A DNA stretch of 53,218 nt from Octopus sinensis. Lineage: Eukaryota. The notes beneath the pieces are model-generated. The model saw only the letters and a list, made by a program, of their open reading frames with translations. It was not told the origin of the DNA and searched no databases. Of this stretch, positions 27,528-39,870 are shown one piece after another; position 1 is the stretch's first letter, and each line of letters begins with the position of its first letter. The stretch covers positions 1 to 53,218 of the forward strand of contig NW_021833929.1 of NCBI RefSeq assembly GCF_006345805.1. Reading direction: 5' to 3'. The position numbers and the translations under genes are program-made.

Positions 27528-28139
27528 CAGTGTTTAACAAAATGAAGTAGCATGAAACAATTGTACTACTCTACCTTGGACATCATTGTTGCTTATTTTG
27601 ATTATAATCACCCCATTTGATTTATATGGATAATACCATACAAAATTCTGGTGCCTTTAACTTAAATACTATATTCATCTGAATCTAAGTTGTGCTGAAC
27701 CTCGTGTATTTTTCGGAAATATTAATTTCAAACATATCTTCTATATCTAAATATGTTGACACAACCGAAACAACTGATATATATATATATCCTCTATCGT
27801 TTACCCACTCTCGCTTAGCTGAGTTACAGGAACGTAAACAAACCAAACCCGGTTGTTAGTCGATGGAATGGACCAATATATGCATATATACATAAAAACG
27901 AGATAGTTTCAGTTTTCAAATCTGCTCACAAGGCTTCGGTCACCTGTCTGAATAAACGTTCTTCATATTCACCTGGCCCTGATTACTGTCTCCTCTTTTC
28001 AGAGGAGATGTTTAGCAAAATGTACACAAGTGAATTTACTAGTCATATATGTTCTCACAAAGAAAAACTCATACAGTGCATGATATGCATTACATCGACA
28101 TCACTTGGTATTTAATTTATTAATGTATAATCTAATTGA

Positions 28140-28620
28140 AGGTAAATTATTTTGCCAGACATAGGGTCTTCCGACAGCCACCCTCTTGACCCAGAGCAGC
28201 ACCACCGCTTCCAGGCTCTTGATGTAGGCCTCCGGAAAAGGCGGCGAGCTGGCAGAAACGTTAGCACGCCGGGCGAAATGCGTAGCCGTATTTCGTCTGC
28301 CGCAACGTTCTGAGTTCAAATTCCGCCGAGGTCGACTTCGCCTTTCATCCTTTCGGGGTCGATTAAATAAGTACCAGCTACGCACTGGAGTCGATATTAT
28401 CGACTTAATCCGTCTGTCTGTCCTTGTTTGTCCTCTCTGTATTTAGCCCCTTGTGGGTAGTAAAGAAATGATGTAGGCCTTCGTGTTGAGCTTGTGGCCG
28501 TGTGGGAAGATGATAATTGGTATAACGTCGCCATCATTAGTGATCCCTCCAAACACTATAATGTTGACTGGATGTTAGATTTGTATTACTCTTGGAACAT
28601 GTTCGTATTGGAGCTTGAAG
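28140..28620 (-). pseudogene. Decayed Tc1/mariner-superfamily transposase split by a SINE
   Basis: Joining across the SINE gives HPVNIIVFGGITNDGDVIPIIIFPHGHKLNTKAYIKSLEAVVLLWVKRVAVGRPYVWQN, a typical catalytic-domain segment ending at the YVWQQD position. Confidence 0.8.
28238..28468 (+). mobile_element. SINE family A with TSD
   Basis: Full length; TSD tgatgtaggcct at 28220-28231 and 28469-28480. Confidence 0.93.
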
Positions 28621-29539
28621 CACGAATAACAAGCACTACAGCATATCTTTCCCAAATTTCTTGCAGCGTGAATTGCATCATGGTGCATCATGGTGCATCA
28701 TGGTGCTGTTTTTCTCGCGGACGGTATCTAACTGACCTTGCTATACTGTATAGTCAACAAAATCAAAAGCAAATCAAGCGCATGCCCGAAATTAAGACTA
28801 TAACGTGGCGACAATTTACCCATAGCACCGTGTATATAGCCAAATGGAAATTTTATATTTATATATGTATATATATAAGCACATTTATATAGTTATATAT
28901 ACACTATATACGTATGTGTCTGTGTGTTGTTATGTATCCGGAAAAATTTGTCGTATATGATAACCACATATTTTTGGGTATTGTGTTTGTTCTCTGAGAA
29001 TTACCAAGATTTGTGACTGATATTTCAATATAATTGTTGCCAGAAATCTCTATAATAAAAGGTATCTGCATTTTCCCAAATCTTAACATTTATGAAGTGG
29101 AACAAGTCTTAAGTTCTGAAGTATTCTAACTAAGTATATAGAACACATGAGAAACATACACGCATAATCAAATATTGATGTGATGTTGTTCGGAAGAGAT
29201 ATGTAACTTATTAGAAATATACTATGTATATCGACTACCTTTTCTTTGTATAAAATTTGAACATAAAATTCAGGTTGCACAAGAAATATCACAGGCGTGA
29301 TATTTCTGCCATGACTTATAGCTTCCTTCTTATAAAGATAAATTGTAACCTGAGTGAAAATTATGGAAGATGTAAATTATAATAGCCTATAATGTTAACT
29401 TTGTAGCTGAGAAAGGTTTCTGAAAATTAACAATGTTACAGATACACACACACAAATCCCCGCAGAATCACGCACTCACACAGTCACAGACACAGACACA
29501 GACACACACACGCTCACACATACACACAAACATGTATAT

Positions 29540-29720
29540 CCACCTTTCACTTGTTTAAGTCATTAAATTGCGGCTATTCTGGAGTAGAGCCCTGAAGAAA
29601 TTTTAGTCGAATGAATCGACATTCTCTACTTATTTTTTAAAAACTTTGTATTCACTTTATCGCAAACTTATACCGAACCGCTAAGTTATGGGGATGTAAA
29701 CACACCAACAGTGAAGTGCA
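29540..29720 (-). mobile_element. SINE family C 3' fragment, decayed
   Basis: ctttcacttgtttaagtcatt..gcggctattctggag..accgaaccgctaagttatggggatgtaaacacacc. Confidence 0.65.
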
Positions 29721-29759
29721 GCAAGCGACCACCCACGAACTTGAAAGCAGGTTGTGCGT

Positions 29760-30238
29760 TATATTTCTTTAACGAGATTCTTCTCACGGACAGGACCATC
29801 AATTTGGATGTGTACTGCGATCAGCTAAACAAATTAAACGCAGCTATCCACCAAATGCCAATTGTAAGGGCATTGTCTTTCCTTACGTCGACGGCAGGAG
29901 GTATTTTTCAGATGCGGCGGGGGTTACATGATATTGCCGTTTCCTCCATATTCACCCGAACATAATCCTTCAGATTTCCACCTGTTTGGGTCTTTTTCAA
30001 AGTTCATTGAATTGTCAGACCTTCAAATCTGAAGGGCAAAGAATAATTGATGAGGAAGAGTTTTTCTCCAGTAAAGACGATAAATTCTTTGAGCAGGGCA
30101 TATTGGCTCTATCCACGAGGCAGCAGAAATACTGGAGGTAAACGGTTGCTATATAATTGAAAGAATGTATCGACTTCTCTAAAATCTGTGTATTATAGTT
30201 GCTTAAAGAAACGAACTGATGTCTTGGCCAACATGATA
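29760..30238 (+). pseudogene. Decayed mariner transposase 3' part with probable right TIR
   Basis: TINLDVYCDQLNKLNAAI, then LPFPPYSPEHNPSDFHLF (mariner YSPDLAP-D-HLF motif), FFEQGILAL; ends ccaacatgaTA. Confidence 0.82.
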
Positions 30239-30884
30239 TGTAATCTCTACGTGCCAGCACGGCTTGATATACAGTAATGGGTATTTGCTGAAAAATAAAC
30301 ACACTGATAACTACAAATATCCCATTCCCTTGCCAATCCATTCCCAGAATAAAATTTTGTGCTAGTGGTAAAAAACAGACGGAAAGTAATGATTACTTAG
30401 AGAAAGCAGAGTAAATACACGAGTTTGTTATTCTAATTGGAGAAATGAAATAAAATTGAATAAGTCAGCTAATCGATAGTGTTTCAATCAAAACATTAAA
30501 AAATCGATATTATTCCGACCTTCCTGGTGACGAAGATCCATCGTCTCAGCAAAAGCCGGGACATTGTTCGGTTACATTACCGAAATGAATATTATAAATT
30601 GATAAGTAATTGAGTTAAAAACTCTATATCAGATATTCTCAAATGAGAAATATATTATCGCAATCCTTTTGCATTTTATTTTTTTTTATGGCGCTTTTAT
30701 TGATTTATTCAGTGAAGGTGACTACGAATGAAAAATGGTGTCTGTGTGTCGTCTAGAATACCTTACTATATTAATGCCGACTCTCTACACTCAGTTCAAA
30801 ACCGTCAGAGGCCAATATTGCCTTTCATCATTTCGGTATCGAGAAATAAAGTAGCGGTCATATGCTGAGGTAATAATCCAAAGC

Positions 30885-31306
30885 GGATCTTTTCGGTTTG
30901 AACGTCAGTTTTTTCTAGCGGTGTCATATGAAATTGTTACCCATAATTGTGACCCTAGTATCGATCTATTGCATTTCTATGTATGTATGTATGTATGTAT
31001 GTATACCTACATGGGGAAGGGTATCTTTTTTCTTCACAAATGTAAATAAACCCAATCTGTTTCTTAAACGAGGGACATATTCATACGGCACAGAATGTTT
31101 TTTATCTCAATGGACATCAGTGATTGGTTGAAATTGCAGAAATTGAAGAAAAAAACCAACAAATATCTTACAAACTAAAGAATTTTCTCAATAAAGCCAA
31201 GAGAAAAAGATGTTTTATAAACACATTCTTACCAGTATACGAAGTTTAAAATTTTTTAGTTACATAGAAATTATGTTAAAAGCTGCCGTTCAAACCGAAA
31301 AGATCC
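30885..31306. mobile_element. MITE with about 25-28-bp TIRs
   Basis: ggatcttttcggtttgaacg at the left end, cgttcaaaccgaaaagatcc at the right; second copy in opposite orientation at 50531-50923. Confidence 0.85.
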
Positions 31307-31489
31307 TCCAACGCTTATCTCCTTTTCAGCCGTTTTCGTTTTCTTTTGTCTGTCGCTGTGATCCCTCGTTGAACGGTTATAAAGAGTAACGTTCTCGTTA
31401 AGACGACAGAAAACGTTTATAGTCGAGAGTTGCTGTAGTCGAAATACGTCGTGTGAATACATTATTTTACCTCCAGTTCGTTAAATCAC

Positions 31490-31848
31490 ATGGAAGCACT
31501 CCGTCGGTTACGACGACGAGGGTTCCGGTTGATCCGAATCAACATAACAGCCTGCTCGTGAAATTAACGTGTAAGTGGCTGAGCACTCCACAGACACGTG
31601 TACCCTTAACGTAGTTCTCGGGGATATTCAGCGTGACACAGAGAGTGACAAGGCCGGCCCCTTGAAATACAGGTACAACAGAAACAGGAAGTAAGAGTGA
31701 GAGAAAGTTGTGGTGAAAGAGTACAGCAGGGATCACCACCATACATGCCGGAGCCTCGTGGAGCTTTAGGTGTTTTCGCTCAATAAACACTCACTGGGAA
31801 TCGAAACCGCGAGTCCGCTGCCCTAACCACTGGGTCATTGGTCCTCCA
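31490..31848 (-). mobile_element. SINE family B head with tail type 3, 9-bp TSD
   Basis: Same head and body as 23395-23695, different tail (..aatttcacgagcaggctgtt..ggaaccctcgtcgtcgtaaccgacggagtgc); TSD gttaaatca at 31480-31488 and 31850-31858. Confidence 0.9.
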
Positions 31849-32360
31849 AGTTAAATCATATATCCAATTGCAAGTATATAAAAGTATCTCTCACTTTCGT
31901 TCCTTTACCTTTCTATTTTCACACTTCTTTTTCGCAAGCTCAAGAAAAGTCCTAAGCGATACCTCTTACTAAACGTTTCTTTATATAAATGGGAAAGGAC
32001 TTGACCATCTTTAAACAGACTGATGTAAAGTAGAGCATTGGATAGGAATAAAGACACCATAGGATGTCTCACATATACTAGAGAGAAACTGTAACTCTTA
32101 CCATGAAATTTTGAATGTAGTGAGATACCTTTGTACTAGAGATACAGGTGAAACTGTAAGTCAAGTCGGATTAAATGTATTAACCAACAGCAGAAGTAAA
32201 TTTAGTGATAATAATAATAATTATTATTATAACATATATATATATATATACATACATATATACACATATATATATACATATATATAGATACATATATACA
32301 TATATATAGATACATATATATATACATATAAACACATACATATATACATATACATATATG

Positions 32361-32422
<62 letters not shown>

Positions 32423-32983
32423 ATACATACATACATATCAACAGTTAGACAGAAAGAAAAAGTCATGCTTCTTCGTACAAAATTCGACATGTTTCTAACT
32501 TGCCGTTGGGCCAACGGCAGCAAAATATGTATATATATATATATATATATGGATATTCATATATATATAGAAGAGCAGTTAAAAAAACTTATCTTTCGTG
32601 CGTGTTGAATGATCAAGTTTTAAATAAATGAATTGTCGGTGTTTATTTAAAATTTGATCAGTTAACACGCATGGAAGATAGTTTTTTTAACAGCTCTTCT
32701 CCCTCTCTGTATGCTTCTCTCTCTATATATATATATATTTATATACAATAAAGGTGGCTTATTCGCAATTTACAACCGAATGTCAGAATTATAGACGTTA
32801 CTAAAATGACTAATGATGCTAAATAGCACCAGCATTGCTAGACATAAGAGTCAAAGCAACCGGATGCTATAGAGACCCTGCATCCCTTGATAGTCATAAG
32901 ATAAGTGCTTTCTCGTGGCTAAGAATTGGTTTGACTCTTATTTCTTGCAATTCAGGTGCTAACTAGTACACTTAACCACTAAC

Positions 32984-33015
<32 letters not shown>

Positions 33016-33119
33016 ATATAAGGCACTAAATAAACGACTCAGAAATTTACGTAATTTCTCTATACAAAAGACAGGATTTGACTTACATGCTGTAATAACT
33101 GTACGCACATATGTTTGAT

Positions 33120-33845
33120 CTTTTAGTTTTATTTATTTCAGTCACTGAACTGCAGACTTTCTGCAGCATCCGACTGATGAGCTACGTTGAACAAATCGAT
33201 CCTCGTTCTTATCATTTGAGCTCAGTATTAATCCTGTTGTTCTCTTTTGACGAACACCTACGTTACGTAGATGTAAGCAAGACCAAATGGATCGTTTATC
33301 TATGTTGGTAGACAAACACAAAACACACACACACAAACACATGCGGTCATACACGCAGCACACATGCACGCACACACACAGCATATACACATCTTTATGC
33401 TTAAATATATACGACAGGTGAGGCGGCGAGCTGGTAGAAACGTTAGCACGCCGGGCGAAATGCTAAGCAGTATTTCGTCTGCCGTTACGTTCTGAGTTCA
33501 AATTCCGCCGAGGTCGACTTTGCCTTTCATTTTTTCTTGGTCGATAAATTAAGTACCAGTTACGCACTGGGGTCGATGTAATCAATTTAATCCCTTTGTC
33601 TGTCCTTGTTTGTCCCCCTCTATTTAGCCCCTTGTGGGTAATAAAGAAATATATATATATACGACAGGTTTCTTTCAGTTTCCGTCTATCAAATCCACTC
33701 GCAAATGTTTGGTCAACCCGTGGCTACAATAGAAGATACTTGCCCAAGTTGGAGTGTAATGAGCAAGTTGGAGCGCAGTGTGCATGAACCCAAGACCGCG
33801 TGGTTGAGAAAGAAATCTCTTACCCTCACAACCACACCTGCACCT
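33120..33845 (-). mobile_element. Decayed SINE family C interrupted by a family A SINE
   Basis: ctttcagtttccgtctatcaaatccactc..gaagatacttgcccaag after the insertion; decayed 3' half before it. Confidence 0.65.
33420..33650 (+). mobile_element. SINE family A with 15-bp TSD
   Basis: TSD atatatacgacaggt at 33405-33419 and 33655-33669. Confidence 0.92.
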
Positions 33846-34807
33846 TCTAATTTTGATTAAGTCTCGTTCATTCTTCACGCGATTAAATATTCGTTTGGTC
33901 TGAAATCTTTTTAATTAAATGAAAGCCTTCGTTTCCTGCAAAACAACTTGGTAAACATAAAACAACCTACAGTTCACCAACAACAGTCCAATAAATTTCC
34001 AACTCTTTTGTCTAATATTAATATTCAATACAGTGCGTCACCTAAAGCTATTATATAGGTCAGGATACAAATAATTAGAATAATAACTCAGGTTAATAAT
34101 CCATTAATATCTGTCTATATTTGTTTATTTTTTCTCTCATTTTTTTTCTCTTTCCCTGTATTTCTCACTCTGTATATATTTTCTCTCTATCTCTATCTCT
34201 TTCTGTATCTTTCTCTCTCTATATATATATATTGCTCTCTTACGCTCTCTCTGTATCTGTCTCTCTCTATATTGCTCTCTCTCTCTATATATATATTTCT
34301 GTCTCTCTGTCTCTCTCCATTTTTCTTTTTGTGTTTTTCCTTTAACAACCATTTCGTACATTATTCATATTTTGTTTTCTTTTTATGTTCTGATATTATT
34401 TCAATTATGTTCAACAAAGACATAATTTATACACTTGTAATATTTGATTCTGAACGACATCAGCTTTTCATACAGATATATACTTATGCGCATGCACAAA
34501 CACACACAGCAAATATATTGACACATATTTGTGTGATGCATTTATACGTGTACGTACACATATGCGCTTCTGCCGAACACAACAGACCCACACTTAAAAC
34601 ATACATAGAATGAGACTATCACAATTCCTCATACTCGAATTCACTTCTAATAGCAACACCACGAATAATGCTGCATGCATACGCTTACAACGGATGAAAT
34701 CATATCGAACCAAGAGAATGGTACTGGATACTACATCCTAGGACATCTATGCAGTAGAAACACTTATCGGAAGACGCTTTACTGAGAATATATTGTACAT
34801 ATATATA

Positions 34808-34839
<32 letters not shown>

Positions 34840-34923
34840 GTATATAATATATATATTTATATATATATCTATATATATATATATCTATATATATATATAT
34901 TTATATATATAGATATATATATT

Positions 34924-34955
<32 letters not shown>

Positions 34956-35070
34956 ATTTATATATATATATATATATATATTATTATAATAATAATAATA
35001 GGGAGTAAATCCAAACTTACAGGGAAAAATTAGATTTAGGATTAAATCAAATTTCACAGTATAAATATAA

Positions 35071-35350
35071 ATATAAATTAAATTAGAGATGAAACCACTA
35101 TTAGGCAAATCAAACAGTGAAAAACATAAACCAAAACATAAAAATAAATATAATTAATATAATATACAAAATATATAAAATTAAAATTAAATTATTAAAT
35201 TATTATAAAATAATTTAATAATTTAATTTTAAATTCTATATTTTATATATTTTGTATATTATATTAATTATATTTATTTTTATGTTTTGGTTTATGTTTT
35301 TCACTGTTTGATTTGCCTAATAGTGGTTTCATCTCTAATTTAATTTATAT
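35071..35350. repeat. Near-perfect long palindrome (about 134-bp arms, 4-nt loop)
   Basis: 35071-35204 pairs with 35209-35350, one 7-8-nt bulge at about 35233-35239. Confidence 0.95.
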
Positions 35351-35363
35351 ATATATATATATT

Positions 35364-35684
35364 ACGGAGATGTACTCGCATAGCAAGTGATTTGATCTGA
35401 GATCGTGTGCTGAAACGAAAACAATTGCAGCGTGGAAGGTGTTTGTAAGCCATTTAAGAAACACACAAAAGCCGTTCGATTCACTTCAACATTTAAATTT
35501 TATTTGTCAAAATATTTTCGTCGCTAAAATCTGAGCTCAGATGCAGCACGGATTTTTGTCAGTGAACAGGTCGCGGATTGTAGCGACGAAAATATTTTGA
35601 CAAGTTAAACTTAAATGTTGAAGTGAATCGAACGGCTTTTGTGTGTTTCTTAAATGGCCTACAAACACCTTCAACGCTGCAATT

Positions 35685-35686
<2 letters not shown>
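35364..35686 (+). mobile_element. Foldback island (about 110-bp inverted arms) carrying an HHR variant; Penelope-like/retrozyme candidate
   Basis: 35421-35531 is the reverse complement of 35576-35686, 44-nt spacer; (TA)n left, (TG)n right. Confidence 0.7.
35556..35603 (+). ncRNA. Type I hammerhead ribozyme variant with G3:C8 core
   Basis: UUGUCA GUGAACA G GUCGC-ggauugua-GCGAC GAA AAUAUU U UGACAA; all three helices form around a core that differs from CUGANGA only by the reciprocal 3/8 swap. Confidence 0.68.
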
Positions 35687-35782
<96 letters not shown>

Positions 35783-35919
35783 GCACACACACAGAGAGGG
35801 CTTCCGCGAAGAACTGGAATTATTATAACTTACAACTTAAAATTCGATGTTCCACACATTCTATGCAATTTTCAGCAGAAAAAGAAACGGTATGGTTTCC
35901 AAATAACGAAAAGTTTTAA

Positions 35920-36400
35920 AAGGCGGCGAATTGGCAGAAAATGTTAGCACGTCGGGCGAAATGCGTAGCCGTATTTCGTCTGCCGTTACGTTCTGGGTTC
36001 AAATTCCGCCAGGGTCGACTTTGCCTTTCATCCTTTTGGGGTTGATAAATTAAGTACCTATTTCTTTACGACCCACAAGGGGCTAAACACAGAGGGGACA
36101 AACAAGGAAAGACTAACGGATTAAGTCGATTATATCGACCCCAGTGCGGAACTGGTACTTATTTAATCGACCCCGTAAGGATGAATGGCAAAGTCGACCT
36201 CGGCAGAATTTGAACTCAGAACGTAACGGCAGGCGAAATACCGATGGGCATTTCGCCCGGCGTGCTAACGATTCTGCCAGCGCGCCGCCTTAATAAATTA
36301 AGTACGAGTTACGCACTGGGGTCGATGTAATCGCCTTAATCCCTTTGTCTGTCCTTGTTTGTCCCCTCTATGTTTAGCCCCTTGTGGGCAATAAAGAAAT
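35920..36400 (+). mobile_element. SINE family A interrupted by an antisense family A copy
   Basis: Head 35920-36057, tail 36293-36400. Confidence 0.92.
36058..36292 (-). mobile_element. SINE family A nested in another family A copy
   Basis: Full length; TSD ataaattaagtac at 36045-36057 and 36293-36305. Confidence 0.93.
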
Positions 36401-37056
36401 AAAATAAGTCTTCATACGGACGCACGCCCGGTGAAAGCTCTAATTATATCGATATGTGTCATTCATTCATTCGGTCATTTAGGCAATATACACTACGGAA
36501 TATCTTTCAATACGATAAACTTTATAAATTCTAAAGTTCTATATTTACGTGACATAAGTTAGATATATTGAGTTATTCAAATAATTGTTCGTGCAATGGA
36601 CCTAATAAAATTTGTTACAGTACACTCGATATTTCATATTTCAGTCCGTTGTCACTATTTCTGCTTCGATAGGGATTAGAATATGTTATATCTTGACGAA
36701 CTTCCAATACATGCATTGGATATTGTTTTGAATAACTAGCCTTATTAACGCTTGATATTTCACATTTAAATCCGTTGTGAATATTTATTATTGGATATGG
36801 ATGGAACAAATTTATATGCTGATAACTTGCATTACCTATTTTCAATATGCTTCGAGCAACTCGACTTATTAACACTGGATGTTTCTATTTTAAATCAGAT
36901 GTGAGCAATAATACTTGGATAAAGATTTTTAAATATTTTATGTTGATAGCTAACATTACATACTAGCCGACAATAGGATGGGGCGACGCCTCCACTCCAA
37001 GAAGTGGAGCTGTGTCCCTTTCTATACACTTTCTTATACCCTTCTGAATTATACTT

Positions 37057-37288
37057 ATTTCTTCACTACCCACAAGGGGCTAAACACAGAGGGGACAAAC
37101 AAGGACAGGTAAACGGATTAAGTCGATTATATCAACTCCAGTGCGTAACTGGTATTTATTTAATCGACCCCGAAAGGATGAAAGGCAAAGTCAACCTCGG
37201 CGGAATTTGAACTCAGAACGTAGCGGCAGACGGAATACTGCTAAGCATTTCGCCCGGCGTGGTAACGTTTCTGCCAGCTCGCCGACTT
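37057..37288 (-). mobile_element. SINE family A with 14-bp TSD
   Basis: TSD cttctgaattatac at 37041-37054 and 37286-37299. Confidence 0.93.
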
Positions 37289-37659
37289 CTGAATTATACC
37301 ACCAGATAAAGGGATAGGGGGTTGAGAAACCTCTCCCCTACCCTTTCAATTCCCCTCTCTCAAACAACCCCCTTAAGGGTCTAAAGGTCGTGCATGTACA
37401 TATTTGACATTAGAAAGGGTTTGAAGCAAAACCATGCACCCTACATAAGCTAAGCTAACTTAATTTCTCATGCAAGTGAGAGGTTGGCATTTTCTATCTC
37501 TTTCAATATTTAATTACAAGAGAGAATATGTTGTTACCGAAAACGTTAAAACTTTACCTACTTGATCGGTTTGTCACCGAAGCGGGATTTTGATTTCATC
37601 TTCTGATACACACTTTCTATCATTTATATGAAGAATTGCAACAGCAACACAATCTACTC

Positions 37660-38260
37660 TATGGTGAGATGGTACCAACTGTGAACAATCTCAATGCATG
37701 TGTTGCCAAACATTGCACAAAAACGTTAGCTACAGTCAATGGCTATGTGAGCGAGCCATTTTAGTTCCACGTAATGATGTTGGTGAAAAATCAATTGGGA
37801 TCTCTCGCGGCTGTTGCCAGGATAAGACCAGTCTTTCAAATCGATCGACACTGTCATTGACCAGGACGAAGCTGTAGTTTTTTTAACTGAGTTCCTAAAC
37901 CCTATACAACCATCTACAATGACCCCAGACTGGTGGTGAAAGCAATATAACATCATGTCCTAGAAGCAGCAATTATCACTGGGAAATATAAGAGACGAGG
38001 ATGTCTTCGTTCCACGGGTCCCGTTAATCACATCTGTCCTTCCCTTTCAATTTAAGTGATTCCAGTTCTCAATGGAACTAAGCTTTGCTTTGTCGATAAA
38101 CAAATCTGAAGGTTGTGGGACTTAACCTTGTTTCTCTTGGTTTCGCTCATGGGCAATTATATGTAGGGTGGTCACGAGCTGTAAGTCACAAAAGTCTTTT
38201 TATTTGTATCCCAATTAAAGGACACACTCAAAACATTAAAACATTGTATATTTAGAAGTT
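37660..38260 (+). pseudogene. Decayed Helitron Rep/Hel PIF1-like helicase C-terminus
   Basis: Frameshifted segments QWLCERAILVPRND, FKSIDTVIDQDEAV..TEFLN, HVLEAAIITGK..EDVFVPRVPLI..LPFQFK*FQF..SFALSINKS, FAHGQLYVGWSR match the Helitron helicase motifs. Confidence 0.85.
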
Positions 38261-38335
38261 CTACAAAATTAAACTGTGACTGATTTCATGATTTGTTTTA
38301 ATAACTTTCTTTATACTCACGTCGTCTGATAGAAC

Positions 38336-38418
<83 letters not shown>

Positions 38419-38429
38419 ATTTATATATA

Positions 38430-38648
38430 GAGGGCATTATACATACATGCCAGAGAGCATTATACATACATGCCACACGCTAAGAGGGACAATTAGTCAT
38501 TTCTACCAAAAAATATTACTAATCCCACCGAATGCAATTTTTCAAAATAAGACATTAAAAAATATAGACCTGTATCACAGTGATTTCATACTTACGTATT
38601 CATCAGCAGGCCTGAATGTATCATAAATAAACGACCCTGCACCGCTTG

Positions 38649-38650
<2 letters not shown>
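38430..38650 (-). mobile_element. 220-bp island between (TA)n arrays carrying an HHR; retrozyme/Penelope-like fragment candidate
   Basis: Unique sequence bounded on both sides by (TA)n; contains HHR 38566-38613 and a 24-bp tandem duplication. Confidence 0.6.
38566..38613 (-). ncRNA. Type I hammerhead ribozyme, canonical core
   Basis: AGGCCUG CUGAUGA AUAC-guaa-GUAU GAA AUCAC-u-GUGAU A CAGGUCU; predicted cleavage AUA, between 38573 and 38572. Confidence 0.88.
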
Positions 38651-38687
<37 letters not shown>

Positions 38688-38720
38688 CATACATACATAC
38701 ATATATACATACATACATAT

Positions 38721-38759
<39 letters not shown>

Positions 38760-39564
38760 CATACATACATGTATACATATATATATATATATATATATAA
38801 GGAGAGAGAGAGGTGGGGTATAGAGAGATAAATAGATGAAGTGGGGTGGAGGCGAGTGTATGTATGCAATCACACAATGTTTAAATGTGTATACATATAT
38901 GTATAAATATTTATATATGAGTATAGATAAAAATTGTAATAATAATAAGAAGAAGAAGAAGAAAAGAGGAACAGAAATAAGAATAACACCAACATCAATA
39001 CATGATGGAGATGTGATTGATATACGAAAAAGAAACAAGAAATGTATATGTGACCTATACTATGGAAACTAAATATCTTTTACACCTACGCAGACTTATT
39101 GACACGTTACTGAATTGAACCATCGCTCATCAATTTGTTTCGAAAGAAATTAAGAAAAAACAAACTTTATATGAAGTAAAATAATGCTAGGATACATTTT
39201 GAAATGTATACCTTACAAATACTTTGTTTAGATAAATATTTTAAATATTCTTTTGTGATTTATTTGTATATTCATGTCTATATATTTATATATTTATTCA
39301 TATTGAGAGAGAGACAAATGTCCATTAGACTTCCTTCCTGTGGAATTATGTTTTTAATTAAATTTAATTACAATTAATTGCGAGATTGGTTTTCTTGTGC
39401 CTTACTTTAGCAAAATATACATAATGATAGTTTCTCTTCAGAGCCAGCAGAGTTTGAATTCATTAAAGAATCCTGACATGTGTGTGTGTCTGCTGATATT
39501 TTATCACGGATGCACACATACATGCACACGTGCGCGCTTCAAACAGACATATATATATATATAA

Positions 39565-39611
<47 letters not shown>

Positions 39612-39803
39612 ATTATATATACACACAAACACGCAACACACACACTCACACAATTCAGCAGCACAACACACCGATGTTACATCTTTCCCTGTATGCATGT
39701 GTGTATACGTATGTATATGTGTGTATACCTGTATATATATATATATGTGTGTATATATATATGTCTCTATCTCTCTATATATATATATATACATGTATGT
39801 ATA

Positions 39804-39870
<67 letters not shown>

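Noticed and set aside
32480-32520. 8-bp hairpin plus GAAACATGTC on the minus strand
   Set aside because: Spacer between hairpin and GAAA, no core, no stem I
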